From Klebsormidium nitens (taxonomy: Eukaryota > Plantae > Klebsormidiophyceae), in assembly GCA_000708835.1 (NCBI GenBank), contig DF237133.1, positions 62,001 through 126,000 on the forward strand: 64,000 bases of DNA. The letters are read 5' to 3'. The notes below the pieces were generated by a model that did no database searches, had not been told where the DNA came from, and saw nothing but the letters and a program-made list of their open reading frames with translations. A program made the position numbers and the translations under genes. Positions 61,010 to 64,000 of the stretch are shown here, piece by piece (the stretch's first letter is position 1; each line of letters starts with the position of its first letter).

Positions 61010-64000
61010 ATGAGCCACAACGACTCGGGCTCTCTGGGCCGGCTCGAGCGCGGGGACCGGCGGCGCAACAGCATCGGGGGCCTCAGCGGCGCGTCCTTCC
61101 CCGCCAGCGAGACGGACGACTCCGCGGGGATCGCTTCCAGCGCCCCCCCGCGCCCGAGCCACCGCCGCGAGGCCTCGGAAGGGGGGGCGCTGCGCTCGCG
61201 CCTGTCTCTGGATTCCACGTGGAGCGAGCTCCAACCCCTGGAAGAGAACGGCGCCTCGATAAGCGGGGCGGGCAGCAATGCGGACACGCCCACGAGCAAC
61301 TTTGCTGCCAGTTTTGGGAAATCCTCCCCCCTGGAGGGAATGCTGTTCCGGTCACCCTCGGAGCGGCGAAGGGACTCGTTCGACCTGGCGTCGCCAGACT
61401 TTGCGGCCCGCTTGATGAGGCGGGAGTCAATAGATGCGGGGACGGCCCCCCCTGATCTGGGCGGGGGGGGGCCGAGGCAGGCGGTGAAACGGTCGAGGAG
61501 CAGCGTGTCGATCCAGGTGCCTCCAGAGTTGCTGGCACAGTTTACGCCCCCGCCAAGCAGCTACCCCTCCCCCGCAATGGTGAGCTTTCTCTCTAAGTCC
61601 AGTTTCTTCATGCCTGAGCTCAGATCTAAGACCAGAGACTAGCTGTTTTTGGCTGCAATCTGGTCGACAATTTCCAGCTCACATAAGCTTCTTGGGGTGC
61701 ATTACGCATAAAGATGCAAGGTTGGACGGATGCTCTTGGCAATCGGAGGGTTTGCGGCAATTGCGTAAGATCTGTCGGGACGTCGCCGCTGAACAAGCAA
61801 CACTCACGTGAGGAATGTGGGATTTTGTTGAAGGGATTGCCAGTTGTGACTGGTCGCCGTTTGCTATGACGTGCTAAGATGGTGGGCATATAATTGCACG
61901 ACATACCTTCGGAAGCTGACAAGGTCGTGTAGACGTTGAGCTCAGCAACACGATGTGACCAGATCAGGGTGCGATTGTATGGTGCCACTGAGTTAAACAT
62001 CAGGCCAAAGCTCTGGGAAGCTGCATCTAGCATAAGCTGGCCTATTATGGCAGTCGGCGGGGGAGTGTTCTTTGAGATAGATGGACGCAGCAGAACCAGG
62101 CAGAGCAAATTTTTCTGGTGCTCTGTTTGAGGTGCAGCCTGATGTGAGTTGGTCGGTCACTTGGTTGACATTAGTCCTGCTCTGCTCTATTGGCTGTCCA
62201 GGAGAACGCTCACCTCATATTTTGACCTCTACTGAGCTGAGGGAGGTTCATTTGTTATGCTCACCAGGGGCAGAAAGCATCTCTTATTCAGCATACTAAA
62301 GTGTATGCAAATCCCCATTTAGGAAGGTGTAGGACTGTAGGTGCCCATCTAGCCTACCACTCAAGCTTTTACGGCTTCTTTGCGCCTGCCAAGTTTCTTT
62401 AAAGAGTTGCATCAGCTCCTTGCCCCAATTCACCGGGCGTTATCTGCTTGTTGCCTTTCTGTCTTTCCCGTTAAGCCCAATTCATCCTCTGTCTTCTTAT
62501 GTAAGCTCATTGCTTATATGAGGCTATACGCGTGGCTGCAGATGGGGCCCTCCCCTCCAGGCACGTCGCCCTCCCCAGAATCGAAGGAGCGAACGCGTAA
62601 GCTATGGCTCATGGTAATATGCGCCGGAGGCATATACACGTGCTACATAACTTATGGCCTCCAGCAAGAAAAGCTGTAAGCGTTTCCGCTCTGCTCCTGT
62701 TCCTTGAAGCTCGCGTATTTAGGAGTGCTTGCGGTGCATCCGAAAACCGTCACAACGCCATTGAGATATTTGAAATAAGGCAGAGCCGTTGGCTTTGATA
62801 AGACTCCTCAAGCCCATCCAAACCACTTCCATCGAGTGGTTGCCGATCATCTCAGAAATTCTGGCTTGCGGGCAGTCCACCACGTTTCTGAATATCAGGG
62901 GGTTTGCGGGCAACTGAAAGAACAAGTGCGCCTCGCTGTGTCTGCCTTTGCAAGGACTTGTTGAAAGAAAGAATGTAATATCTGCAGATCCTCGGAAGTA
63001 TTCAGAGCAGAGAGGGAGTGTACTTTGGTCTCCATACCCTGGTTAGCTCAAGGCCACGATAACGATTCGCCAATACAGCCAGGTCCAAGGAAACGACCAC
63101 ATATTTTCCAGCGATCAAGGGATCATCAAACAGCGAATGGGGACAACGAGATTCTATTGACTTTTTCAGATACACACAAGAAATTGTCAGATACGCAGTG
63201 ACAGAGTATTCATTAACCAGAGTCGAGTTCAGCAGGTCTTCATGGAGTCTTGCAATTTCTGGCGCAGGTATACGACTGATTATTCAGAAGGACTGGGAGA
63301 GTACTTTGAGTACACCCTCGTACTCGTCTTCATTCAGTGCATATTTAACGTCCTATTCTCCTTGATCAGTGAGTCGCCCTTGTCATCCTCTTGAGGTTTC
63401 TCATTGTTCGATTAGCGAGCGATCTGGCGACCTGCCTTGATGACACCGCCTCGTTGATCTCGTTTTATCTTGTCAGTGACTTGCATGCTTTACTCCTTGC
63501 GAACTGTAGTCTGACGTACTTTTGCTGATCAGTATTCCGACTTCTCACTGGTTTCCTGTTGCAACTTTGCGTTGCTTGTCAGCTGAGACAATTGTCTAGT
63601 TGCTAGGAGAGAAGTCGCCCACTTCCAGTGTCGAGGGACTGGGGGCTCTTTAGTTGTTGCTCGCGAATCACCAAAGCAGCATCGTCATGAGGGAACGCCT
63701 CCGACGTTTTCTTTGGTCAATTGAACGATTTGTTTTCCTTATCTGCATACACTACGAATTGCTCGCGTCACTCGTCCATTGTGCCTCTCCTCGATCTTGT
63801 GTACTGGTCCAGGGAATATATCCCCGCGCCTCCGAGCTTTCCTGTGCTGACTTCCATCCGACCGAACGCTGACGTCACCCATCCTGCTTCTTTCCTCAGT
63901 CATGTTAGCCCAAGGCTTCGACCCCCGTGCCTCACAGCACCGGACCAAAGTCAAAGTCTTCACCGACTTCGCCCCCACGTCCTTCGCTTATATCTCCGCC
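61010..64000 (+). CDS. SLC35B1: UAA-family transporter (SLC35B1/HUT1/UTr1-3-like), 5' part, with long N-terminal extension; runs off the window
   Basis: Exons 61010-61579, 62542-62675, 63268-63368, 63900-beyond 64000, phase-consistent. Motifs ICAGGIYTCYITYGLQQEKLY, FEYTLVLVFIQCIFNVLFS and FAPTSFAYISA match the first helices of SLC35B1-type proteins. Confidence 0.85.

Overview
Gene-dense, intron-rich eukaryotic nuclear DNA with GC-rich exons, mostly GT-AG introns of about 0.15-1.2 kb, and plant-type gene families. A streptophyte green alga such as Klebsormidium is my inference, not something the sequence proves. I assembled spliced models by hand, checking exon phases and stops. In order: a possible coiled-coil gene end; a GH79 heparanase/beta-glucuronidase (-, 9 exons); a TA-flanked Tc1/mariner-type MITE; an RBBP9-like serine hydrolase (+); a multi-pass membrane protein with an Ala-Pro loop (-); two convergent orphan ORFs; a plastid-type radical SAM protein with a B12-binding-like domain (-, 8 exons); two paralogous 6-exon genes for an unrecognised secreted beta-rich glycoprotein (-), flanking a disrupted near-intronless membrane-protein gene; a GH27 alpha-galactosidase (+, 14 exons); a single-coding-exon F-box/LRR gene (-); EDC4/VARICOSE (+, 13 exons); and the 5' part of an SLC35B1/UTr-type transporter with a long N-terminal extension. 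Two observations stand out. One is the orphan secreted-protein pair. The other is a recurring pattern in which exon boundaries (a splice site plus the adjacent exon end) are locally duplicated into the neighbouring intron. This occurs at six sites in four genes, and most of the copies lead to early stops. No rRNA, tRNA or CRISPR array is supported.
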